A stretch of DNA of 64,000 nt from assembly GCA_973851085.1 (NCBI GenBank), contig OZ316775.1, positions 14,074,001 through 14,138,000 of the forward strand, given 5' to 3'. Of the stretch, positions 51,456-64,000 are shown one piece after another; position 1 is the stretch's first letter, and each line of letters starts with the position of its first letter. Made by a program: the position numbers and the translations under genes. Source of the stretch: Ptychomitrium polyphyllum. Lineage: Eukaryota. The notes under the pieces were generated by a model, which was not told the DNA's origin, searched no databases, and worked only from the letters and a program-made list of their open reading frames with translations.

Positions 51456-53191
51456 TGCAGCGGCGTCCTGCACCGCTGTTGCCGTGTGCGCGCAGCAGCT
51501 CGTGGTCGGCGCCATCCATCTGTGCGGAGTGCCGGTCTGTGGACGCTGCCCGGGCTCGCAGGCGCGCGGAGGGATTGCAGGTTCCTGTTGGACTCTCTAC
51601 TTTGACTGGCCTCGCGGGTTGTGGTCCCTGTTTCCAGGGGTCTAGGGTTTGGGGTTCCGGGCGCGAGCGCACCATTCCGCGGCAGAGCGAGATCATCTTG
51701 GACGGGCGGTGGTGCGGCGGTGGTGGCGACAGTCGCCGGGGTTTTTCCGTATTGGCGGGGGAGGGCGGGCGGGAGGGAGGGAGAGGGCGCGAGAGGAGGC
51801 GGGGTTTGGTGGTTTCGGGGCGAGGGGTTTTGGTGTTGGCGGGGGGCGTGCGGGATTCGTCCATGGTTTAGGTCACTCGGCCCAGGGGTTGTTGCGGTGG
51901 TTGCGCGGGGTTTTGCGGTGGGGGCTCATCGGTGAATCGCACGGGGGGCTGCGGGGGAGATGGCGGGGGCATTGTGGCTGTGATTGCGGTGCGGGGGAGA
52001 GGATTGGATTGTGGACGCAGGGCAGGGAGGGGATGCGCCGGGGTGGCGACGTTGTGAGCGGTGTGGGGAGGATTTGGTTAGGTTGAGCGAGGGCGGGGGA
52101 TCCCGGCGTGGCTGCGTCCCGGTGTGCGGGCCAGTTGGCGTGTTTTCGTGTGCATCGAGAGTTAGGGTTTGCAGAGAGGGTGGCAGCAGGCATGGCACCC
52201 AGGATATGCCGGTGGAAGATACTCGCCGCTTGTTGTTGTTAGCCCTCGCGGGCGCGGAAGCGGACGGTTTGATGTGGTCGAGTGAGGGGGGGATATTTTC
52301 ATCTCGTGTGGCGAATGTTCGGGCATTGCACGCGTTTGGAAGGACGCCAGAGGATGGGACGGTGATGGTCGAGGTTCCGCACAGCTCGAGTTGACGGATG
52401 TGTATTGGTGAATTTGTCCCGGAGGTTCTGTGTGAGGGGTTTTCCTTTCAGTTGTGAGGTGTGTTGATGGGAGAAAGATCATCGCGGCTGGGAATCCACA
52501 CTATTGGGCGCGTGTAGGCACCTGCTGGGATTTTCGCCGTCGTATCATACTTTGCCTTGGACTCTTCGGCTGCTTTTTGGCCCGAGCCTAACCTTGTACC
52601 AACATTGGCGTAGTGTCGAAGCCGTGGACATCAAGCCGGGCGCTAGTGTAACATTTAAGGACTTTGTGCAGTGGACGCTCAGTTTGAGTGCCTCGGGTGC
52701 TGACTCTGGATCATTTGGTGCAATTCGGAACACCTTGTAGGGGGATCTCATGTATATTGAAAGATCTGGGGATTATGCGGATGTCAAGTGCGTAGCATCG
52801 TACTCCGGAGAAGCTATCAGCATGGAGTCTTCGCGTGCCTGTTAGTGCGATGGTTTAGAGGTTCCACATGGAGGCTAGGGTTTCTTAGACGACAAGAAGA
52901 TGTTGGTTGCTGGCGACGGCAGAGAGATTTAGGGGATTGGGCCATTGATGATAGCTGAAGCTTGCACGATTCTGGACGATTCCGAGAGGGCGTAATGGAC
53001 GCTCCCGGACCGGTGCTTGTGTGAGATGATTGGCCTTCATTGTCGGTTAGCCTGAGCGCGAGCTTTCTGCGTTGTTCACGAGATTGGCGGGCGCCGTGTG
53101 TATTCCGTAGACAAAGTAGGACGAAGTCGGGGGCAAGCAGAAAGTGACGGTGGGGCTCCTGCCGGCAGACCTATCATGGTCTGTGGCAGGG

Positions 53192-56100
53192 ATGGAGAGA
53201 AGTGAGCCATCGTTGGTCCCGCAATGGCTCAAAGGAGCCAGCAGTGGCGGGGTTGGCGGGGCAACCCACTACTCGCAAGCATCCTCCAATCACCAAGGTG
53301 GCTCTCTACTCCCATGTATGGTTCTCATTGGTATGTTGTGGGATATTGTGCACGAGGGGGTCAGCGCCAAGGACGTCTACTCTCTTTTTTCTGGAAGGGT
53401 TTTCGTTTTACAGCCCTATTTCAATCGCAAGATGGTTTCCGTGTTTTTGTTCCTACCAGGAGAGCGGATAGGGTTTGAAGGAGGAGTTAATCAAGCTTTG
53501 GGTTTGTAGAGATCGTAGCATAGAGGGCGGCTTTCTGGATGTATTGGCTCGGGAGACCCCGTTTGTGTCGTTGGCCCCGGGGAACTTGGTGTGATCATGT
53601 TTTTGCAAATACCGTACCGTCTGATCGTATACTGTCTTCCCATGAAGACATGATCATGTTCAAGCTCATTCCCTATCCTTCGTTTACATCTGCTAAGTTC
53701 GACAGACAGGTCCAAGCATTTGATGAGCCAGGGTCAGGGTGTTCCCCTGCTTGTGGCCACATGGTTTGAGACGTGTATTGCGGATTGAGATTGCGTCACC
53801 TGGCATGTGTGAAATAGAACATGTAATTTTGAGAATGTAGATGGATGCTTCTTTGTATCTGTTGGTGCCTCATTACACACGAACTAAAAGCATGTCGTTG
53901 TTCAGATGAGAGTGGGGGTGGTGCCTTCGCGTTGCGGCAGCGTGTGCAGCCGCACGGGGTAACGAGCGGAAGCAGTAACGTGGACTACGATGCTCCACGA
54001 TTTCCACCTTCTTCTTCGTCCGACCGTGCTTATTATTCAGCCGTTCGACGAGGGCCTGGAGGCGGCAGCACGGGCATCAGTGATCGGTCTGTTCCAGACA
54101 GGGAGAGTTTTTCACGTGGATACAACAATTTTGGTCGCAGTACAACTTATCGCAGCTATGATGCCGGCGTGGATCGGAGTGATAGAGATACAGGTCGAGA
54201 ACGGGACTGGGATTGGGATCGGGAGAGGGAGAGGGATGGGCGGGATAGGAGCAGGGTTTTGGGAGGGTTTGGAGGATCCGAGGAGAGGGAGAGGGAGCGG
54301 ACTGAGCAGTCCGAGAACTCGTCCGCCTTTCGAAGGCCAGGTTTAGGTCCAGTTCCAGGAGCGAGGTATGAGGCAGATATCACTGCACCACTTCGGCGAG
54401 TTCACTCTATGGGTTCAGCAGCTCGATTGGAGAACGGGGAGAAGAAAGCTGCGGACCAGGGAAGCCTTCCAACAGCTCCTCCCACTAATAGTGGTAGCCT
54501 GACGAGCAGCATGCAGAAAGCAGCATTTGAACGTAATTTTCCGTCTCTTGGTGCTCAAGAGAGGGGGGCAGCCATAAGTGGTATGCAGTCTAGCCTGGGT
54601 AACTTGGTCGTGTCAAGTCCACGGCCTTCATGGCAAGGTTCGTCGACACACAGGATGGATGGGATCAGGTCAGCAGCATCCTCACCTGGTCTGCCCAGCG
54701 GTGGTAGTCCTGGCAGTGGGCTGCCATCGACAACACCGGGGGGTAGTAATGGAGAGGGCTGGAGCTCTGCATTGGCCGAGGCTCCTACTGCCGTAAATGG
54801 CACTCTGGTGTCTCCTGTCGCATCTCCTGGGACTGTAATTACTCCACCAACGTCGTCCCTTGCGAACGTCTCACTTACTGGCAACATCACAAATCCTCCC
54901 AAGATGGTGGAGGCGCTTGCCCAGCATCCTCCTCGGGTTCGCACGCCTCCAATGGTACGCTACCATTTTGTGATTTCCTGATCTGGCCCATCTCAGTACT
55001 GATCCCTGGACATACCGTGAACAGATCAGGATGTGCCATGTAGGTCGAATGACCTGTTTTAAGATGTAAAGATTGCTAACGAAGTACGTAGAACTATGAT
55101 GAAATTTGACCCACTCGTTGTTTCTGATGTGAGCACTGCAGTATTCGGCCGAGAAGGAGCGTTTAGAGGAGCGTGCACTGATGCAGTCTCGACAATTGAT
55201 CCCAATGATTCCGAAAACTCTGGTTGGTGATCCTGCCCTAAAACTCCTGGATTTACGATGCGTTTTCCTCTGTCGGTAGAGGCTGTGTAGTGAGGGGCTC
55301 GTTAGTCCAGGTCAACTGTGATCTGTTGTAAGGATCCTTTTCCCGTATTCTGTTGGTGTAACCAGTGGGTGTGTTTACAGGGCCCGGTTCCGCGAGACAA
55401 GAAGGTGGTGCGAGCAGTGGATGTGGTTGCCCCTCCGAGCACCATGAAGCCGAGACAGGCGATAGGTACCTCCCAGGGTCTGAGTTCCCCATATCGACCA
55501 CCAGCATCTCGTCCTGAGGCTCTGAAGCTGGGCCAAGGAGCAGGAAAGATTTTGGCAAGGAAGGTTCCCATTAAAGAGGTGGTTCCTGTCTTATCCCCTT
55601 CTCCAGTTAATCTGAAACCTGATCCTTCGCCTCTGGTGACCTCGGCATTGGGGCCTCCGGGGTTGGGTTTGGGAAGCTCTGCAACTGGAGTTGGGGTTCT
55701 GAGCAGTGCTCCACGGAAGCAGAAGCAGCTTCTTGATCGGCGCGCTCTTCCCATTCCTCCAGTTTTAGTCCCTGTGAGTTCAGATGGGAATGCCGTGGGC
55801 ATACGTTCCAAAGATGCCAGTTTGTCTGGAGGTGATGAACGCCGGGCCTCCGTACCCACACAGACAAATCGTGTTGACTTCTTCAATGCTCTCAGAAGGA
55901 AAGCTGGTTTGGGTGGTACGCCCAATATTGTAGATAAATTGGATGTTGCGCCGCCCAAAAGCAATGACATAGTCAACGGTGACGAGGTAGGGAGTGCTTT
56001 GCCGGAGGAGAGTGTAAACCACCTTCTGGAGGACGTGGGTGAGGAGCCTCCTGTAGTGGACTCATACCCGTTGGAGAATGGAGATCGACACGATGACACC

Positions 56101-56776
56101 ACACTTGATGCTGAAGAGCCCGTCTCCCACGAAGAGCTTTTTGGCCCCGCGGGTAAAGAGAATGGCGAGATGATGGAGAGCACCACCTACGATCAGCTGT
56201 ATGAGGATGACATTACATTCATGATTTCACTTGGATGGAGTAAAGCTCGTGTAGAAGAGACAGACGCGCTGACACAAGATGAGATCGATGCTTTTCTTCA
56301 GAAGGTACACCACTCCCCCCAAAACTCAGGTCCTAGGATCATCATGCATCACAGTTAGACGTAGTGCTCAGAGAAGCTGCTTATATACATGTATCCAGGG
56401 TTGCTTATTTTCTGAAAGGCAGAGAACGTTCTTTGGAAACAAGGACAGTAGAACAGGCAGTGAATTGAGAATATTATGACGGAGAGGAAAGGGCGGTGAA
56501 TACAGAGGTTGTGAGGGTTCCCGAGGGTGTTAGAATCTTCATCCTGGATCTTGATGATTGTCGTCGAGAAAACCGCACTTGGTAATACAGTACGTATCTG
56601 ACATGCCTTGTACAATTTGTTGACAGCGCAACGAATTGGCATCAAACGGAGCAGCGCAGAAGCGCAGCAGCAACCACCACCACCGGGGCATGGATCAGCA
56701 ACGCGTGGGCAGCATCGGAAGTGAGACATCAGGTGTGACCACTTCGGACAGTGAGTCAGAAGACGACCGGAAGTAA
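53192..56776 (+). CDS. Conserved plant low-complexity protein with vasculin/GPBP1-like motifs, copy A (exons 53192-53297, 53906-54954, 55142-55222, 55381-56304, 56627-56776)
   Basis: In-frame GT-AG splicing: MERSEPSLVPQWLK...; RD/RE tract; AFERNFPSLG; GWSSALAEAP; RLEERALMQSRQLIP; RVDFFNALRRK; FMISLGWS...LTQDEIDAF; ends SDSESEDDRK*. Confidence 0.85.
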
Positions 56777-57502
56777 ATCTCTGAATGGAACGAGGATGAG
56801 TGCGAATGAGTGTGAAGGCAAGGCCAGTCCCCTCCTATACCAGCGAGAGGTGAAGTAGATAGGAACCCACGATGAAGAAAAACTGACAGTGGTGGAGGCG
56901 GTCGTAGAGTGGAAGGCTTGCTGTGGATCAAGTTGGGAGGCGGAACGGATGTGATAATCCACACTGGTCTTGTAGGGTTGGTGAAGAGAGTCAAACGGGG
57001 CGAAGAAGCTCGAGGAATGAGTCTTGAGAGCTCGCAGTGTTCAATTCTTGTAGAGAAGCAGAAAATGTATGCACTTGTCCAGCAGTGAATCCCAGTGTAC
57101 TGGCTTTATGACATTCCGAGTGAATGTCGGGGGCACATCAGCACAACTCCAAGGCTTGACCACAACGTTTCAATTCCTGTGGCCGACAAATAGAATGGCC
57201 ACTAATGTCGTGTGTATTGAAAAAGTTTTTTTCTGGTAAACAGAGGAGTGCCTCAGCTTCGTCTTGGGGTCTACCTCTCTGGCCACTTTCTTGTGTTCCC
57301 CGCTTACAAAGTGGTTTTGTGGTTTTGTGGGTCTGCACGGAGTTGTCTAGGAAGTTTGTTGCACTGCATTCTTACAGCGTCCACTGTCCCATGGATTCTG
57401 TTGGTTTGGTCTGGACTCTCGTTGTTTAGGGGCCTCTGTTCATGGTGATTGAGCTTGTTGCAGAGTAGGTTGTCATTTTGAATGGTCGACTTAAGGAATA
57501 TT

Positions 57503-59250
57503 AGGGTGCTTTGAGGATTCCCCGTTTTTAATATGGGTGTAATAAGGGTGAAATCTTTTTGTAGGTTTGAGGGTCGCTCAGGTTGTTATGCATTTGCAGA
57601 GTTATTCCCGCTCTACAGTATTGTCCTCCATTGTGGCTATGATAGAGGCTTGGATTTTACACACTATGCCACCACGTTTTGTTGCTTGGATGCCACCACG
57701 TTTTGTTGCTTGGTATCAAGCCCGTTTTTCCGGCCCACATCGTTGACAGGATGTTTCGCTTAGCTGTTTGATCACTACTTAACTATCGAAATTGGAAACA
57801 TGTAAATTTTCAACATGGCATGCAAAGTTCAACATTATGCAAGTTGGGACCTTCGAACGCCTGGAGCATTCCTGCTCAGCTAGGTACTTAAGTTCAACGA
57901 GAGCTGCTACGCGACGGTCATGCTACTTTGTTATGCATGATTTCATTTTTGTCAATTGACTTCATATTCTTCCTTTCTTGTACCAACTTTGACTTTGAAG
58001 CTCAATCTGGACATCATCGACATGCAGTCTGATACCACTTGAAGAGTGTCACCGCTTGTGAACACAACAGCTGCTAATCTTTCTTCTACCCGAAATTCTC
58101 GTACACCATTGTTGGTACCAATTTTCAATTTCAATTTGTTTCCCTATCTCTCAAGTTAGTGCACAAAACTATAAAGGGTCAGTAAACACTAGCAACAAGC
58201 AAATTGGAATCAAATTCAGAAAGCCCAAAAGGGATTGAGATCAACTGAAGACCCGAGGGAAACTGAAGCCTCATCAGAACTAACCTCGCCAAGGTGCCAG
58301 TACTTGAGAAATACTTCCTCACAACANNNNNNNNNNNNNNNNNNNNNNNNNNNNNNNNNNNNNNNNNNNNNNNNNNNNNNNNNNNNNNNNNNNNNNNNNN
58401 NNNNNNNNNNNNNNNNNNNNNNNNNNAGGGTGCTTTGAGGATTCCCCGTTTTTAATATGGGTGTAATAAGGGTGAAATCTTTTTGTAGGTTTGAGGGTCG
58501 CTCAGGTTGTTATGCATTTGCAGAGTTATTCCCGCTCTACAGTATTGTCCTCCATTGTGGCTATGATAGAGGCTTGGATTTTACACACTATGCCACCACG
58601 TTTTGTTGCTTGGATGCCACCACGTTTTGTTGCTTGGTATCAAGCCCGTTTTTCCGGCCCACATCGTTGACAGGATGTTTCGCTTAGCTGTTTGATCACT
58701 ACTTAACTATCGAAATTGGAAACATGTAAATTTTCAACATGGCATGCAAAGTTCAACATTATGCAAGTTGGGACCTTCGAACGCCTGGAGCATTCCTGCT
58801 CAGCTAGGTACTTAAGTTCAACGAGAGCTGCTACGCGACGGTCATGCTACTTTGTTATGCATGATTTCATTTTTGTCAATTGACTTCATATTCTTCCTTT
58901 CTTGTACCAACTTTGACTTTGAAGCTCAATCTGGACATCATCGACATGCAGTCTGATACCACTTGAAGAGTGTCACCGCTTGTGAACACAACAGCTGCTA
59001 ATCTTTCTTCTACCCGAAATTCTCGTACACCATTGTTGGTACCAATTTTCAATTTCAATTTGTTTCCCTATCTCTCAAGTTAGTGCACAAAACTATAAAG
59101 GGTCAGTAAACACTAGCAACAAGCAAATTGGAATCAAATTCAGAAAGCCCAAAAGGGATTGAGATCAACTGAAGACCCGAGGGAAACTGAAGCCTCATCA
59201 GAACTAACCTCGCCAAGGTGCCAGTACTTGAGAAATACTTCCTCACAACA
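57503..59250 (+). repeat. 824-bp direct repeat (57503-58326 = 58427-59250) flanking a 100-N gap; probable contig-overlap artifact
   Basis: Copy 1 ends exactly at the N run and copy 2 begins exactly after it; no differences seen. Confidence 0.9.
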
Positions 59251-59987
59251 AAAATCATCTTCCTGCTGAACAAGGATCTCATTCAAAATGACAACCTACT
59301 CTGTAACAAGCTCAATCACCATGAACAGAGGCCCCTAAACAACGAGAGTCCAGACCAAACCAACAGAATCCATGGGACAGTGGACGCTGTAAGAATGCAG
59401 TGCAACAAACTTCCTAGACAACTCCGTGCAGACCCACAAAACCACAAAACCACTTTGTAAGCGGGGAACACAAGAAAGTGGCCAGAGAGGTAGACCCCAA
59501 GACGAAGCTGAGGCACTCCTCTGTTTACCAGAAAAAAACTTTTTCAATACACACGACATTAGTGGCCATTCTATTTGTCGGCCACAGGAATTGAAACGTT
59601 GTGGTCAAGCCTTGGAGTTGTGCTGATGTGCCCCCGACATTCACTCGGAATGTCATAAAGCCAGTACACTGGGATTCACTGCTGGACAAGTGCATACATT
59701 TTCTGCTTCTCTACAAGAATTGAACACTGCGAGCTCTCAAGACTCATTCCTCGAGCTTCTTCGCCCCGTTTGACTCTCTTCACCAACCCTACAAGACCAG
59801 TGTGGATTATCACATCCGTTCCGCCTCCCAACTTGATCCACAGCAAGCCTTCCACTCTACGACCGCCTCCACCACTGTCAGTTTTTCTTCATCGTGGGTT
59901 CCTATCTACTTCACCTCTCGCTGGTATAGGAGGGGACTGGCCTTGCCTTCACACTCATTCGCACTCATCCTCGTTCCATTCAGAGAT

Positions 59988-62900
59988 TTACTTCCGGTCG
60001 TCTTCTGACTCACTGTCCGAAGTGGTCACACCTGATGTCTCACTTCCGATGCTGCCCACGCGTTGCTGATCCATGCCCCGGTGGTGGTGGTTGCTGCTGC
60101 GCTTCTGCGCTGCTCCGTTTGATGCCAATTCGTTGCGCTGTCAACAAATTGTACAAGGCATGTCAGATACGTACTGTATTACCAAGTGCGGTTTTCTCGA
60201 CGACAATCATCAAGATCCAGGATGAAGATTCTAACACCCTCGGGAACCCTCACAACCTCTGTATTCACCGCCCTTTCCTCTCCGTCATAATATTCTCAAT
60301 TCACTGCCTGTTCTACTGTCCTTGTTTCCAAAGAACGTTCTCTGCCTTTCAGAAAATAAGCAACCCTGGATACATGTATATAAGCAGCTTCTCTGAGCAC
60401 TACGTCTAACTGTGATGCATGATGATCCTAGGACCTGAGTTTTGGGGGGAGTGGTGTACCTTCTGAAGAAAAGCATCGATCTCATCTTGTGTCAGCGCGT
60501 CTGTCTCTTCTACACGAGCTTTACTCCATCCAAGTGAAATCATGAATGTAATGTCATCCTCATACAGCTGATCGTAGGTGGTGCTCTCCATCATCTCGCC
60601 ATTCTCTTTACCCGCGGGGCCAAAAAGCTCTTCGTGGGAGACGGGCTCTTCAGCATCAAGTGTGGTGTCATCGTGTCGATCTCCATTCTCCAACGGGTAT
60701 GAGTCCACTACAGGAGGCTCCTCACCCACGTCCTCCAGAAGGTGGTTTACACTCTCCTCCGGCAAAGCACTCCCTACCTCGTCACCGTTGACTATGTCAT
60801 TGCTTTTGGGCGGCGCAACATCCAATTTATCTACAATATTGGGCGTACCACCCAAACCAGCTTTCCTTCTGAGAGCATTGAAGAAGTCAACACGATTTGT
60901 CTGTGTGGGTACGGAGGCCCGGCGTTCATCACCTCCAGACAAACTGGCATCTTTGGAACGTATGCCCACGGCATTCCCATCTGAACTCACAGGGACTAAA
61001 ACTGGAGGAATGGGAAGAGCGCGCCGATCAAGAAGCTGCTTCTGCTTCCGTGGAGCACTGCTCAGAACCCCAACTCCAGTTGCAGAGCTTCCCAAACCCA
61101 ACCCCGGAGGCCCCAATGCCGAGGTCACCAGAGGCGAAGGATCAGGTTTCAGATTAACTGGAGAAGGGGATAAGACAGGAACCACCTCTTTAATGGGAAC
61201 CTTCCTTGCCAAAATCTTTCCTGCTCCTTGGCCCAGCTTCAGAGCCTCAGGACGAGATGCTGGTGGTCGATATGGGGAACTCAGACCCTGGGAGGTACCT
61301 ATCGCCTGTCTCGGCTTCATGGTGCTCGGAGGGGCAACCACATCCACTGCTCGCACCACCTTCTTGTCTCGCGGAACCGGGCCCTGTAAACACACCCACT
61401 GGTTACACCAACAGAATACGGGAAAAGGATCCTTACAACAGATCACAGTTGACCTGGACTAACGAGCCCCTCACTACACAGCCTCTACCGACAGAGGAAA
61501 ACGCATCGTAAATCCAGGAGTTTTAGGGCAGGATCACCAACCAGAGTTTTCGGAATCATTGGGATCAATTGTCGAGACTGCATCAGTGCACGCTCCTCTA
61601 AACGCTCCTTCTCGGCCGAATACTGCAGTGCTCACATCAGAAACAACGAGTGGGTCAAATTTCATCATAGTTCTACGTACTTCGTTAGCAATCTTTACAT
61701 CTTAAAACAGGTCATTCGACCTACATGGCACATCCTGATCTGTTCACGGTATGTCCAGGGATCAGTACTGAGATGGGCCAGATCAGGAAATCACAAAATG
61801 GTAGCGTACCATTGGAGGCGTGCGAACCCGAGGAGGATGCTGGGCAAGCGCCTCCACCATCTTGGGAGGATTTGTGATGTTGCCAGTAAGTGAGACGTTC
61901 GCAAGGGACGACGTTGGTGGAGTAATTACAGTCCCAGGAGATGCGACAGGAGACACCAGAGTGCCATTTACGGCAGTAGGAGCCTCGGCCAATGCAGAGC
62001 TCCAGCCCTCTCCATTACTACCCCCCGGTGTTGTCGATGGCAGCCCACTGCCAGGACTACCACCGCTGGGCAGACCAGGTGAGGATGCTGCTGACCTGAT
62101 CCCATCCATCCTGTGTGTCGACGAACCTTGCCATGAAGGCCGTGGACTTGACACGACCAAGTTACCCAGGCTAGACTGCATACCACTTATGGCTGCCCCC
62201 CTCTCTTGAGCACCAAGAGACGGAAAATTACGTTCAAATGCTGCTTTCTGCATGCTGCTCGTCAGGCTACCACTATTAGTGGGAGGAGCTGTTGGAAGGC
62301 TTCCCTGGTCCGCAGCTTTCTTCTCCCCGTTCTCCAATCGAGCTGCTGAACCCATAGAGTGAACTCGCCGAAGTGGTGCAGTGATATCTGCCTCATACCT
62401 CGCTCCTGGAACTGGACCTAAACCTGGCCTTCGAAAGGCGGACGAGTTCTCGGACTGCTCAGTCCGCTCCCTCTCCCTCTCCTCGGATCCTCCAAACCCT
62501 CCCAAAACCCTGCTCCTATCCCGCCCATCCCTCTCCCTCTCCCGATCCCAATCCCAGTCCCGTTCTCGACCTGTATCTCTATCACTCCGATCCACGCCGG
62601 CATCATAGCTGCGATAAGTTGTACTGCGACCAAAATTGTTGTATCCACGTGAAAAACTCTCCCTGTCTGGAACAGACCGATCACTGATGCCCGTGCTGCC
62701 GCCTCCAGGCCCTCGTCGAACGGCTGAATAATAAGCACGGTCGGACGAAGAAGAAGGTGGAAATCGTGGAGCATCGTAGTCCACGTTACTGCTTCCGCTC
62801 GTTACCCCGTGCGGCTGCACACGCTGCCGCAACGCGAAGGCACCACCCCCACTCTCATCTGAACAACGACATGCTTTTAGTTCGTGTGTAATGAGGCACC

Positions 62901-63572
62901 AACAGATACAAAGAAGCATCCATCTACATTCTCAAAATTACATGTTCTATTTCACACATGCCAGGTGACGCAATCTCAATCCGCAATACACGTCTCAAAC
63001 CATGTGGCCACAAGCAGGGGAACACCCTGACCCTGGCTCATCAAATGCTTGGACCTGTCTGTCGAACTTAGCAGATGTAAACGAAGGATAGGGAATGAGC
63101 TTGAACATGATCATGTCTTCATGGGAAGACAGTATACGATCAGACGGTACGGTATTTGCAAAAACATGATCACACCAAGTTCCCCGGGGCCAACGACACA
63201 AACGGGGTCTCCCGAGCCAATACATCCAGAAAGCCGCCCTCTATGCTACGATCTCTACAAACCCAAAGCTTGATTAACTCCTCCTTCAAACCCTATCCGC
63301 TCTCCTGGTAGGAACAAAAACACGGAAACCATCTTGCGATTGAAATAGGGCTGTAAAACGAAAACCCTTCCAGAAAAAAGAGAGTAGACGTCCTTGGCGC
63401 TGACCCCCTCGTGCACAATATCCCACAACATACCAATGAGAACCATACATGGGAGTAGAGAGCCACCTTGGTGATTGGAGGATGCTTGCGAGTAGTGGGT
63501 TGCCCCGCCAACCCCGCCACTGCTGGCTCCTTTGAGCCATTGCGGGACCAACGATGGCTCACTTCTCTCCAT
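59988..63572 (-). CDS. Copy B of the same gene in the inverted arm
   Basis: Mirror ORFs have identical translations; coordinates map as x to 116764-x. Confidence 0.85.
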
Positions 63573-64000
63573 CCCTGCCACAGACCATGATAGGTCTGCC
63601 GGCAGGAGCCCCACCGTCACTTTCTGCTTGCCCCCGACTTCGTCCTACTTTGTCTACGGAATACACACGGCGCCCGCCAATCTCGTGAACAACGCAGAAA
63701 GCTCGCGCTCAGGCTAACCGACAATGAAGGCCAATCATCTCACACAAGCACCGGTCCGGGAGCGTCCATTACGCCCTCTCGGAATCGTCCAGAATCGTGC
63801 AAGCTTCAGCTATCATCAATGGCCCAATCCCCTAAATCTCTCTGCCGTCGCCAGCAACCAACATCTTCTTGTCGTCTAAGAAACCCTAGCCTCCATGTGG
63901 AACCTCTAAACCATCGCACTAACAGGCACGCGAAGACTCCATGCTGATAGCTTCTCCGGAGTACGATGCTACGCACTTGACATCCGCATAATCCCCAGAT

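Larger units (their letters stand above)
52764..64000. repeat. Large near-perfect inverted repeat: arms 52764-57484 and 59280-64000, continuing beyond the window
   Basis: The window end reverse-complements to 52764 onward; all paired ORFs are identical; one mismatch noticed (57460 vs 59304). Confidence 0.97.

Noticed and set aside
50902..51864. 320-aa minus-strand ORF and overlapping ORFs
   Set aside because: By-products of GC-rich, microsatellite-containing leader DNA (RMRMRM, LLFSS repeats); no domain.
57503..59250. 824-bp tandem duplication in the palindrome spacer as a biological repeat
   Set aside because: Both copies abut a 100-N gap exactly, which is typical of an unmerged contig overlap.

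Overview
Intron-rich land-plant nuclear DNA, most consistent with a moss such as Physcomitrium (inferred from gene content, intron style and AT-rich decayed TE blocks; not verified). In order: the 3' end of a GPI-transamidase PIG-U gene, a decayed two-domain protein kinase, an intronless secreted fungal/actinobacterial-type acid phosphatase with P1BS boxes, MenA/ABC4, a divergent intron-containing tRNA-Tyr, a Cys-rich plastid-type conserved protein, two tandem COX5C loci, a decayed Ty3/Gypsy element, a class I LBD gene, ELP4, and a near-identical tail-to-tail inverted duplication (>4.7 kb arms) of a plant protein with vasculin-like motifs. Best observations: (1) each COX5C copy has two alternative phase-1 first coding exons, and the copies appear to have degraded opposite exons; (2) ELP4 intron 1 looks like an AT-AC U12 intron whose non-consensus donor also offers a GT-AG route; (3) the phosphatase looks like an HGT-derived phosphate-starvation gene. 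Exon coordinates were read by eye; those marked ~ are approximate.
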